From contig NW_027362761.1 of NCBI RefSeq assembly GCF_046119375.1, forward strand, positions 1,116,434,001-1,116,498,000: 64,000 nt of DNA, read 5' to 3'. The position numbers were made by a program, and so were the translations under genes. The notes under the pieces were generated by a model. It had not been told where the DNA came from. It worked only from the letters and a program-made list of their open reading frames with translations, and made no database searches. Below, piece after piece: positions 49,033 through 59,265 of this stretch; the first letter of the stretch is position 1; each line of letters begins with the position of its first letter. This DNA is from Phyllobates terribilis (Eukaryota).

Positions 49033-49127
49033 GCTGCACGGGCTGATGACGTCACTGTCACATGACTCATCCTGGGAGGGATGGCCCTGCGTCACGTGAC
49101 CTAGCTGACGGTGGGGAGAGCCATAGT
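49033..49127 (-). promoter_or_regulatory. ZCCHC4 proximal promoter / 5' UTR with CRE, AP-1 and E-box motifs
   Basis: TGACGTCA 49047-49054, TGACTCA 49063-49069 and GTCACGTGAC 49091-49100, packed between the ATG and the minisatellite. Function inferred. Confidence 0.5.
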
Positions 49128-50572
49128 GTCCTCTCTCCACACAGCGCACGGGGGAGCGTGGGCCGCGTCCTCTCCACACAGAGCACGGAGGAGCGTGGGC
49201 CGCGTCCTCTCCACACAGAGCACGGAGGAGCGTGGGCCGCGTCCTCTCCACACAGAGCACGGAGGAGCGTGGGCCGCGTCCTCTCCACACAGCGCACGGG
49301 GGAGCGTGGGCCGCGTCCTCTCCACACAGAGCACGGAGGAGCGTGGGCCGCGTCCTCTCCACACAGAGCACGGAGGAGCGTGGGCCGCGTCCTCTCCACA
49401 CAGCGCACGGAGGAGCGTGGGCCGCGTCCTCTCCACACAGCGCACGGGGGAGCGTGGGCCGCGTCCTCTCCACACAGCGCACGGAGGAGCGTGGGCCGCG
49501 TCCTCTCCACACAGCGCACGGGGGAGCGTGGGCCGCGTCCTCTCCACACAGAGCACGGAGGAGCGTGGGCCGCGTCCTCTCCGCACAGCGCACGGGGGAG
49601 CGTGGGCCGCGTCCTCTCCACACAGAGCACGGGGGAGCGTGGGCCGCGTCCTCTCCACACAGCGCACGGGGGAGCGTGGGCCGCGTCCTCTCCGCACAGC
49701 GCACGGGGGAGCGTGGGCCGCGTCCTCTCCGCACAGCGCACGGGGGAGCGTGGGCCGCGTCCTCTCCACACAGCGCACGGGGGAGCGTGGGCCGCGTCCT
49801 CTCCACACAGCGCACGGAGGAGCGTGGGCCGCGTCCTCTCCGCACAGCGCACGGAGGAGCGCGGGCCGCGTCCTCTCCGCACAGAGCGCGGGGGAGCGCG
49901 GGCCGCGTCCTCTCCGCACAGAGCGCGGGGGAGCGCGGGCCGCGTCCTCTCCGCACAGAGCGCGGGGGAGCGCGGGCCGCGTCCTCTCCGCACAGAGCGC
50001 GGGCCGCGTCCTCTCCGCACAGAGCGCGGGGGAGCGCGGGCCGCGTCCTCTCCGCACAGAGCGCGGGAGAGCGCGGGCCGCGTCCTCTCCGCAGAGCGCG
50101 GGGGAGCGCGGGCCGCGTCCTCTCCGCACAGAGCGCGGGCCGCGTCCTCTCCGCACAGAGCGCGGGCCGCGTCCTCTCCGCACAGAGCGCGGGCCGCGTC
50201 CTCTCCGCACAGAGCGCGGGCCGCGTCCTCTCCGCACAGAGCGCGGGCCGCGTCCTCTCCGCACAGAGCGCGGGCCGCGTCCTCTCCGCACAGAGCGCGG
50301 GCCGCGTCCTCTCCGCACAGAGCGCGGGCCGCGTCCTCTCCGCACAGAGCGCGGGCCGCGTCCTCTCCGCACAGAGCGCGGGCCGCGTCCTCTCCGCACA
50401 GAGCGCGGGCCGCGTCCTCTCCGCACAGAGCGCGGGCCGCGTCCTCTCCGCACAGAGCGCGGGCCGCGTCCTCTCCGCACAGAGCGCGGGCCGCGTCCTC
50501 TCCGCACAGAGCGCGGGGGAGCGCGGGCCGCGTCCTCTCCGCACAGCGCGCGGGGGAGCGCGGGCCGCGTCC
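49128..50572. repeat. 37/27-bp CpG-rich minisatellite immediately upstream of ZCCHC4
   Basis: 37-bp unit GTCCTCTCCACACAGMGCACGGRGGAGCGTGGGCCGC grading into 27-bp CGCGTCCTCTCCGCACAGAGCGCGGGC. Confidence 0.95.
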
Positions 50573-50768
50573 TGTCCACGGATTCTTTCTTTTGTATGAT
50601 AAGATATTATAACATTTTCAAATATAATTTACCAGACCATGATCCTGCCCCAGTCAGACACGGCCATTACACAGTACACAGCAGGGGCACATTTATAAGA
50701 TTATCTCAGCACAGGAACATTCTATAACACTTTCTGTCCACCTACTTCTGGACCACCCTGTGTGTATA

Positions 50769-50921
50769 CAGTGGTGGCCAAAAGTATTGGCACCCCTGCA
50801 ATTCTGTCAGATAATACTCAGTTTCTTCCTGAAACTGATTGCAATCACAAATTCTTTGGTATTATTATCTTCATTTAATTTGCTTGCAAGGAAAAAACAA
50901 GAGAATGAAGCAAAAATCAAA
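50769..50921. mobile_element. Tc1 terminal inverted repeat fragment
   Basis: TA|CAGTGGTGGCCAAAAGTATTGGCACCC, similar to the TIR at 3510; truncated. Confidence 0.7.
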
Positions 50922-52276
50922 TGAGCAGAGCAGTGTTTAAATATGGCGCCAATATCGCTGATTGGTCACGGCCGGCCACCACGACCAATCAGCGAAGCGG
51001 TGTTTAAATTTGGCGCCAATATCGCTGATTAGTCGCAACCACCGGCCGTGACCAATCAGCAGAGCGAGGTTTGAATTTTACGCCAATACTGCTGCTTGTT
51101 CGCGGCCGGCGACCGCGACCAATCAGCAGAGCGTTGTTTAAATTTGGCTCCAAAATCGCTGATTGGTCGCGACCGCGACCAATCAGCAGAGCGTTGTTTA
51201 AATTTGGCTCCAAAATCGCTGCTTGTTCGCGGCCGGCCACCGCAACCAATCAGCAGAGCGTTTAAATTTGGCGCCAATCTCGCTGATTGGTCGCGTCTGC
51301 CGTCCGCGACCAATCAGCAGAGCGTTGTTTAAATTTGGCTCCAAAATCGCTGATTGGTCGCGACCGCGACCAATCAGCAGAGCGTTGTTTAAATTTGGCT
51401 CCAAAATCGCTGATTGGTCGCGGCCGGCCACCGCAACCAATCAGCAGAGCGTTTAAATTTGGCACCAATTTCACTGATTGGTCGCGTCTGGCGTCAGCGA
51501 CCAATCAGCACAGCGATGTTTAAATTTAGCGCCAATCTCGCTGATTGGTCGCGGTGGGCGACCAATCAGCAGAGCGGCGTTTAGATTTGCCCTCCTTCTC
51601 GCTGATTGGTCGTGGCCGGCCACCGCGACCAATCAGCAGAGCGGCGTTTAAATTTGCAGCCCATCTCGCTGATTTGTCGCGGTCGGCGACCGCGACCAAT
51701 CAGCAGAGCGTCGTTTAAATTTGCCGCCCATCTCGCTGATTGGTTGCGGTGGCCGGCCGCAATTAATCAGCAGAGCGGCGTTTAAATTTGCCGCCCATCT
51801 CGCTGATTGGTCGCGGCCGGCCACCGCGACCAATCAGCGTCGTATTAGTGTGGGCCCGGGAGCGGCGCTGCTTGTGCGGCTCCGTACTAGCGAGGACCGG
51901 GGAGCGGCGCTGCCTGTGTGGCTCCTTCTGCTGCAAGAAGCCGGGAGATGAGCGGCTGCTCGCAGCAGAAGCATCCCGACCGGCGGCGCCGCTCCCCGGT
52001 CCTCCGTTCACACTTGCTGTCGGGAGATCAGCGGGCCAAGCCGCTGATCTTCCGATTTTAGCCGCATGGAGGTCAGCGGCGCCGGTCGGGGTAGTTGTGC
52101 TGCTAGCGCCGCTCATCTCCCCGCTGCATCGCCGCTGAGCTCTGTCCCGCAGATGAGCCGCTAACGGCTGCCATCTTTTTTCTGAAATCCCGCGGCGCTG
52201 ATTGGCCACTGCCGGACCAATGCGCGACGTGGGATTTCCAGGACAGACAGACGGGATAAGACAATTATATAGTAGA
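50922..52276 (-). mobile_element. Non-autonomous Helitron (same family as 33314), 3' end missing, with an expanded CCAAT array
   Basis: A|TCTACTATATAATTGTC 5' end at 52276; internal sequence homologous to 33314-33960. Confidence 0.75.
50940..51840. repeat. Tandem array of paired inverted CCAAT boxes
   Basis: Repeating gctgattggtc...gaccaatcagc...tttaaattt units of about 55-70 bp; about 23 CCAATCAG/CTGATTGG matches by hand count. Confidence 0.85.
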
Positions 52277-53014
52277 TAATCTCTTTTCATATGCAGAATA
52301 ACGTTGATTTCTGCCATGATTAGTCCATGGTTCGGCAAGTACAGACATTATAGTCTCACAACGTGTCAATCAGATAAGTGCAGGCAAAGGGTTGTCAGGG
52401 ACTGACAAGGATGGGTCCATTGGATTTGTCACCTAGAGCTGTAGGTCCCACACTCGGCCCCCCCCCCCCGATACCTGCTCTGGTAACGGCCGGCTGTAGG
52501 CAATGCACAGAGGGGATCACCATCACCTATGGAACCTACAGATAGGTCGTCAATATATTAATCCTGTGAGTTAAAGGGAACCTGCCACTTTAGAAAATGC
52601 TATTTACCTGTAGATATAGAGTTAATCTGCAGGTAAATAACATTATAATGCTGCCCGGCCGCCTACTGAAGTGCAGCTAATGGGAGGAAATGAACTTATT
52701 TCCTCCTGGGAGCCGCCAGCTTTCAGTCATGGGATCGTGCACTGAACGACTTCAGTCACCGCTCACTATACTGTGAGTGTGACATTAAGCTCTGACCGAT
52801 CACTGCACTGATGCACTACTGAGCCGGCTGTCAGTGCCGGGCCGTGCTTACAGCTGCTGCTCACTGTATATTGAGCTCCATGTCTGCCCCATAACTAAAA
52901 GCTGGCGGCTCCCAGGAGGAATTTTCCTCTGCTAGCTGCACTTTCAGTAAGGAGGCCAGAGATCATAAGAATTCTAAGAGAGAACAGCACTGGTATCGTT
53001 GTGGGGGATCATTC

Positions 53015-54080
53015 TATGTGGGGGTACTGGGCATCATACCTTGTGGGAGGTACTGTGGAGACCATAAAAAAGAGATAATTGTGGTGGGGGGGGGGGCATC
53101 ATACCTTGTGGGAGGCACTGTGGAGACCATAACAAGGGGATCATGCTGTGTGTGTGTGGGGGCATCATACCTTGTGGAAGGCATTGTGGGGACCATAACA
53201 AGGGGATCATGCTGTGTGTATGGGGGGGCATCATACCTTGTGGGAGGCACTGTGGGGACCATAACAAGGGGATCATACTGTGTGTGTGTGGGGGGGGGCA
53301 TCATACCTTGTGGGAGGCACTGTGGGGACCATAACAAGGGGATCATTGTGTGTGGGGGGGGGGGGCATCATACCTTGCGGGAGGCACTGTGGGGACCATA
53401 ACAAGGGGATCATACTGTGTGTGTGTGGGGGGGGGGGGGGGCGGCATCATACCTTGTGGAAGGCACTGTGGGGATCATACTGTGTGTGTGTGTGGGGGCA
53501 TCATACCTTGTGGGAGGCACTGTGGGGACCATAACAAGGGGATCATGCTGTGTGTGTATGTGGGGGGGGCATCATACCTTGTGGAAGGCATTGTGGGGAC
53601 CATAACAAGGGAATCATACTGTGTGTGTGAGGGGAGCATCATACCTTGTGGCAGGCACCGTGGGGACCATAACAAGGGGATCATTCTGTGTGTGGGGGGG
53701 GGGGGCATCATACCTTGTGGGAGGCACTGTGGAGACCATAACAAGGGGGGCATCATACCTTGTGGGAGGCACTGTTGGGGCCATAACAAAGGGATCATTC
53801 TGTGTGTGGTGGTGGGGCATCAAACCTTGTGGGAGGCACTGTGTAGACCATAACAAAGGGATCATTCTGTGTGGGGGGGGCATCATACCTTGGAGGCACT
53901 GTGGGGACCATAACAAGGGGATCATTCTGTGTGTGGGGGGGGCATCATACCTTGGAGGCACTGTGTGGACCATAACAAGGGGATCATGCTGTGTATGTGG
54001 GGGGGGGCATCATACCTTGTGGGAGGCACTGTGGGAACTATAACACGGGGATCATACTGTGTCGGGGGGGGCAATCATAC
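53015..54080. repeat. About 60-70-bp degenerate tandem array
   Basis: Unit GGCATCATACCTTGTGGGAGGCACTGTGGGGACCATAACAAGGGGATCAT..(TG)n(G)n. Confidence 0.9.
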
Positions 54081-54632
54081 ATTCAGTATGAGCAATATTT
54101 CTGTGTGGGCTCAACAGACAGAACTGGATGAAATTCAGGGAAGTGGCTGAGCATAAAATATAGTCCGTGTCCCTCTTTCCTTTTCTTTCAGTGTTAGGAG
54201 ATGTGATATTCTCAGTGCCGCGCTGCAGAATAAAGTTGGTGGTAAATAAGCCACAGTAGATAATATGGCAGCTGGTCCACAATAATACAAACACCCTAAG
54301 ATCCCCCAGTTTGCTGGATACTATTATGCAGGAGCCACATGGGTACGGAGCGGACCGTGGAGGATCGGCACAGCTCGCACTGTGGCGGACATTGTACAGG
54401 CATCTTACTTGACATCTAAAAAACATGAAAGATCTTTGTAAGAAGCTGCCCAGGAGATACAGGGAGGTGCATGAAAACTGGTAAAAACGAGCAGTGGAGT
54501 GATCAGATTGCTATGGGCGACTACTCCAATATCCCTTTGCACCAGTTTTAAAGGGAACCTGTCAGTATCATTTTAGGGAGGCAATAAAGGAGTAGTAATG
54601 TATACGACAGAGTGCAACTAAAGACACCTATT

Positions 54633-55399
54633 TCATAGGATGTCAAAGTTGGAAGGTACCTCCAGGGTCATCGTGTCCAACCCCCGGATCAATGCAGGAT
54701 TCACTAAACCATCTCAGATGTCTATCCATCCTCTGTTTGAAGACTTCCATTGAAGGGGAACTCACCACTTCTCGTGGCCGCCTGTTCCACTCATTGATCA
54801 CCCTCACTGTCAAAAAGATTTTTCTAATATCTAATCTGTATCTTGTCCCATTCAGTTTCATCCCACTTCTTCTTGTATTTCCATGTGCAAATGAGAATAA
54901 AGCTGATCCCTCTACAGTGTGACAGCCCTTCAGATATTTGTAGGCAGCTATTAAGTCTCCTCTCAGTCTTCTCTTTTGCAATCTAAACATTCCCAGATCC
55001 TCTAACCGTTCCTCGTAGGACATCGTTTGCAGTCCACTCACCATCCTGGTAGCTTTTCTCTGAACTTTTGTATGTTCTCCCCGTGTTTGCGTGGGTTTCC
55101 TCTGGGTTCTCTGGTTTCCTCCCACACTCCAAAGACATCCTGATAGGGAATTTAGATTGTGAGCCTCAATGGGGACAGTGCCCATAATGTCTGTACAGCA
55201 CTGTAGAAGTAATGGCGCTTTATAAGTGAGTAAAATAAATAGATAAGTAAACTTGATCCAGTTTTTCAATGTCTTTTTTAAGATGTGGTGCCCACAACTG
55301 GACACAGTATTCCAGATGAGGTCTGACCAAAGAGGAGTAGAGGGGGATAATTACTTCACGTGATCTAGACTCTGTGCTTCTGTTAATGCAACCCAGAAC
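54633..55399 (-). mobile_element. CR1 LINE 3' fragment interrupted by a SINE
   Basis: [15 protein letters not shown] ... [23 protein letters not shown]; same family as 34048. Confidence 0.88.
55068..55249 (+). mobile_element. 5'-truncated V-SINE-like element
   Basis: V-domain-like TGTATGTTCTCCCCGTGTTTGCGTGGGTTTCCTC..GGTTTCCTCCCACA plus an L2-like tail; flanked by AACTT/AACTT. Confidence 0.7.
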
Positions 55400-55779
55400 C
55401 AGATCATCGGGATTGATCATCCTGATCCATTGAGAGAGCTTACTTTTTATCCATATGCAAAATTAGTCTTCGGGCAGCTGCCACTGCTGTTTATACACTT
55501 AAATGTCCCCGGCAATCTCTAACAGCGGCTGCTTAGTGGCACGATCGCGGTGGGACATGGAGTGCAGCAGCAATCAGCCCCCTCCATGCCAAGCAGTTGT
55601 CAGATGCAGGTGGGTGGCCAGGGACCCACCACATGCTGGCCTTCATAGGAGACGGTCATTTGTACTGTGTAATGCAACACTGACGTATTGCAGTGCAAAG
55701 TACAAGCAAACAATTTCAGGTCTGCTAGAAGAACTAAAAAAAAAGTAATTGAAAAAGGTTTCAAAAATATTACACAAAG

Positions 55780-58300
55780 GTATCATAAAAATTTGAATCC
55801 CTGTCCGAAAATAATGAAATAAAAAAATAAATAAACATATTCGGGATCGCCATGTCTGTAAAAGTCCAATGTATCAAAATATCAAATTATTTAACCCATA
55901 AGGTAAACCTCATACAGCAAAAAAAAAAATCAAAACAGAATTGTTTCTCGCTCACTCATCCCTCCAAAGAAAAGAAATATGGAGCAATCAAAAGTTTCAC
56001 ACAGCTCAATCGACGGAAAATTAAAAAAATTATAAGTCTCGGAATTTTTTTTTTTTAATAAAATTCATAATTTTTTAAAATCCTTAATGCAACACGTAAC
56101 TGCGTCATTACTTGGGTGTCAGTGTATGGAGGGGGCTCAGGAGCCGAGGTCTCTCCACATGCAGCTGATGCCGGCTATATTACATAGCTGACGTCTGTGT
56201 CTAACAGCAGCGACTGGAGCCGAGCTCTGATCGCTGCTGTTAACCATTTACATGCCGCTTTCAAACTCTTGACAGCTGTGTTTAAATGGAGCATTTTATC
56301 CCACTTTGAATTTGCTTCCCATTTTTAAGACATTATATGGTAAAATGAATGATATCATTCAAAATTTCAACTCATTCAGCAAAAAAATATATATATCAAG
56401 CCCTCATATGTCTGCAATAACAGAAAAATAAAAAAGTTATGGCTCATGGAAAAAAAATAAAATAAAAAAATAAATAAAATAATAACCCCTTCACGACATC
56501 CGCTGTACATGTATGGCGCACGGTGGGAGTGGGTGTATGGAGCAGGCTCCTGCAGTGAGCCCACCCCATGCCCGACAGGTGATGGCTGTGTATTACAGCC
56601 AAGACTTGCCGCTAACGATTGTTAACTTGTTAAATGCCGCTGTCAATCTTTGACATTTAACACGTGCCGACGGGGGCACGTGTTATTTTCTCCGCCCATC
56701 GGCATGCTTGTGGCGTAATCGTGGGTCGCTGATGGGTTGTCATGACTGCCGGGGGTCTACTGATGACCCCTGTGCCTGTCATTACGGAGCTGCTATGAAA
56801 CCCAGCCTGTGGCCGGGCTTCAAAGGAGACTGTGATTTCTGCTATATACAGCGATGCCACAGCATATAGCACAAGCGATCAGACAATGGCATCTTCAAGT
56901 TCCCTAAGGAGGGTAACAAGAACAGTAAAAAGTAAAAAAAAAATGTTTTAAAAAATATGAAATAAAAAAAACAGACCAAAAAAAACAAAGTTCAAATCAC
57001 TCCCCTTTTTCCCCATTGAAAATAAAGATATTAAAAAAAACACATATGAGGTATTGCGGCGGTCAGAAGAATCCGCTCGATCAAAATATAAAAACAATTA
57101 ACCCGATCGGTAAACAACATAAAAGGGAAAAAAATTAAAGAACGCCAAAATTACGTTTTTTTTTGGCTGCCACAAAAAATGCTGTAAGGCTAAGTACCCA
57201 CGATGCAGAAATGCTGCAGATTTTTTCTGCATCTCCCTGGCAGGAAAAATGCATGTGGATTTTACATGCGTTTTTCCCGCCAGGTAGAAGCGTTTTTGCA
57301 GGCATTTCTGCATGCGGGTTATCAAGCGATTTTAGCATCACTTGGAAAGTGCTTGACAACTTGGTCGCACTATATAAATCCATACAACCGGCATGTATTT
57401 ATATAGTGTGACCAAGTAAATAGTTAAAAATAAAGAATAAGAATGGTAAAAAATAAAAAAAAACATTATACTCACCTTCTGATGGCCCCAGGTCTCCTTC
57501 TCCGGTGTCTTCGGTGGCTCGCGATGGTGTAAAAGGACCTGCGGTGATGCCATTTAGTCATGTGACAGGTCACGCGACCGCCGAAGTCAGCGGAGAGAAC
57601 ACAGGGGGACATCGGAAGGTGAGTATAATGTTTAATGTCTCCTCTTCTCCAGACCCGGGTACCATCCGCACAATGAATCGCTTAATATCTGCATGTGTAC
57701 ATGTAGTGATGCGGATATTAAGCGATTCAATGCAAGTCAATGGCGGCAATTATGCTGCGTGTCCGCAAAATTAATGGACATGCTGCGTATTTTTTCCGCA
57801 ATGATAATCCGCAGCGGAAATTTCCGCAGCATGTGCACAGCACACGTGGATTATCATTGGGGACCATGGGGCACGTATTACCAAGAGTTTTTTAAGCGTT
57901 TTCGCTGCGGAAATTCTGTGGCAAAAATGCTTGAAAAACACATAGTGGGCACACAGCCTAAAAAGCGATTAAAAAGTCTCATCTCTTACAAAATGGTACC
58001 AATAAAAATGTTTTCTCACCCCGCAAAAAATAAGCCATCACGCGGCTCCATCGGCCGAAAAATGATGCGAGTGTTGGAAAATGGTGAGACAATCCCCCCA
58101 ATTTTTTTTTTAAAACTTCTGATTTTTTTTTTCGCCACTAAAATAATTAAGAAACTGGACATGTTTGGTATCGCTGTAATCATACTGATGAGGAGACTCA
58201 AGTCACCAGGTCAATGAAAGCTGTAAAAAAATAGAGCCTAAACACAGTGGTGAAATGACCCATATTTTTCACCATTTCAGGCCATGGTAATGTGAGAAGT
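55780..58300. mobile_element. Mosaic of piggyBac-type non-autonomous fragments
   Basis: CCCCTTCACGAC terminus at 56486 and internal pieces resembling the reverse complement of 42287-44997; boundaries approximate. Confidence 0.45.
57188..57958. mobile_element. PIF/Harbinger-type MITE
   Basis: TAA|GGCTAAGTACCCACG ... GTGGGCACACAGCC|TAA; matching TSD. Confidence 0.85.
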
Positions 58301-58417
58301 CCATACACGCGCCGTACAGCACATAAGCAGACCTGGCTGAAGCTCTCTGAGCGCTGTGAGAAAATACCTGAGCTTGTAATAATTTATAATAACCACTAAA
58401 TTAATTCATAGCGTTAA

Positions 58418-58432
58418 ATAAAAATAATAAAA
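58418..58432 (-). terminator. Pol III oligo-T terminator of tRNA-Ile
   Basis: TTTT on minus strand 5 nt after the discriminator base, with a further T run just downstream. Confidence 0.75.
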
Positions 58433-58437
58433 TGAAT

Positions 58438-58511
58438 TGGCCCGTACGGGGATCGAACCCGCGACCTTGGCGTTATTAGCACCACGCTCTAACCAACTGA
58501 GCTAACCGGCC
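58438..58511 (-). tRNA. tRNA-Ile, anticodon AAT
   Basis: Minus strand reads GGCCGGTTAGCTCAGTTGGTTAGAGCGTGGTGCTAATAACGCCAAGGTCGCGGGTTCGATCCCCGTACGGGCCA (74 nt). Full cloverleaf, A box and B box intact, anticodon at 58477-58475; agrees with the vertebrate Ile-AAT sequence as I recall it. Confidence 0.98.
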
Positions 58512-58519
58512 ACGCTGAC

Positions 58520-58820
58520 TCTGCCCTGCTCACATGGGCTGATGACCGCGCCTGCATGACGTATGTCCCCTCCCATTCTGGGCGTGGTCTAAACAAATTG
58601 CTGAGTGATTTAGAACCCGACTTTTGACCATGGGTTTTGATTTTTTTTTTTTTTTTTTTGTATGTCGCAATCTGATTGGCTGAGGAGTCATATGCCCTCT
58701 CGTGAACGGTTTTGATTGGCCAGGTTTACCCATTATGGGTGGGACTTAATCGCGGCAGAGTCACGTTGCGCGTCAGGGTGCTGAATTGCCATCTGTTTAT
58801 GCAGTCTCCGGTTACCGGCC
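58520..58820 (+). promoter_or_regulatory. SEPSECS proximal promoter (CpG-rich)
   Basis: GC-box-like GGGCGTGG 58580-58587 and two reverse CCAAT boxes (ATTGG 58675-58679 and 58715-58719), between the tRNA 5' end and the SEPSECS ATG. Confidence 0.6.
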
Positions 58821-58934
58821 ATGAACGGAGATAGTTTCAGTGCCGGAGAGCAGATCGTGTCTCCGGCCTATATCCGGCAGGGCCGGGAAGCGCGGCGCAG
58901 CCATGAGCAGCTGATACGCGTGCTGCTGGAGAAG
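58821..58934 (+). CDS. SEPSECS: SEPSECS exon 1, O-phosphoseryl-tRNA(Sec) selenium transferase (gene continues beyond window)
   Basis: ggccATG...GAGAAG|gtaaga, 114 nt; [38 protein letters not shown] vs human [38 protein letters not shown]. Confidence 0.96.
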
Positions 58935-58990
58935 GTAAGAGGCAGTCTGCGGGCCTGGACCCACCGTGTCATGTGACAGCCGGCCGCAAA

Positions 58991-59009
58991 GCATCCTGGG
59001 ATTTGTAGT
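58991..59009 (-). promoter_or_regulatory. ZNF143/Staf binding site (SBS) in SEPSECS intron 1
   Basis: Minus strand ACTACAAATCCCAGGATGC, close to the ACTACAANTCCCAGNATGC consensus, 57 bp past the exon 1 donor. Confidence 0.7.
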
Positions 59010-59265
59010 TTTGATTTAAAAAACGAACGGAAAAAACCCCATAGTGCTTGTGCTGCCTGATACAGATGTGACATCTCTACACAAAGACGTGACCTGTGCC
59101 AGCGAGGAGCCTGAAGGGTTAATAGTCTGTCTAGTATGTAAATGGTGTTTCCTGTCTGCGGAGGGTTTTGTTTCCTTCCCATGGAAACAGGTCTAGTGCA
59201 TGTAACCACCATGGCTTATAGTATAGGATGGGGGTCCTAGAAAATACATGATTACAGCAATGCAA

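Noticed and set aside
49062-50727. Several 317-541 aa ORFs on both strands
   Set aside because: Artefacts of the 37/27-bp VNTR; only the last 28 codons before the donor in one frame are ZCCHC4 exon 1.
58725-58739. TTACCCATTATGGG as a second Staf site
   Set aside because: At least two mismatches to the core consensus and no ACTACA extension.
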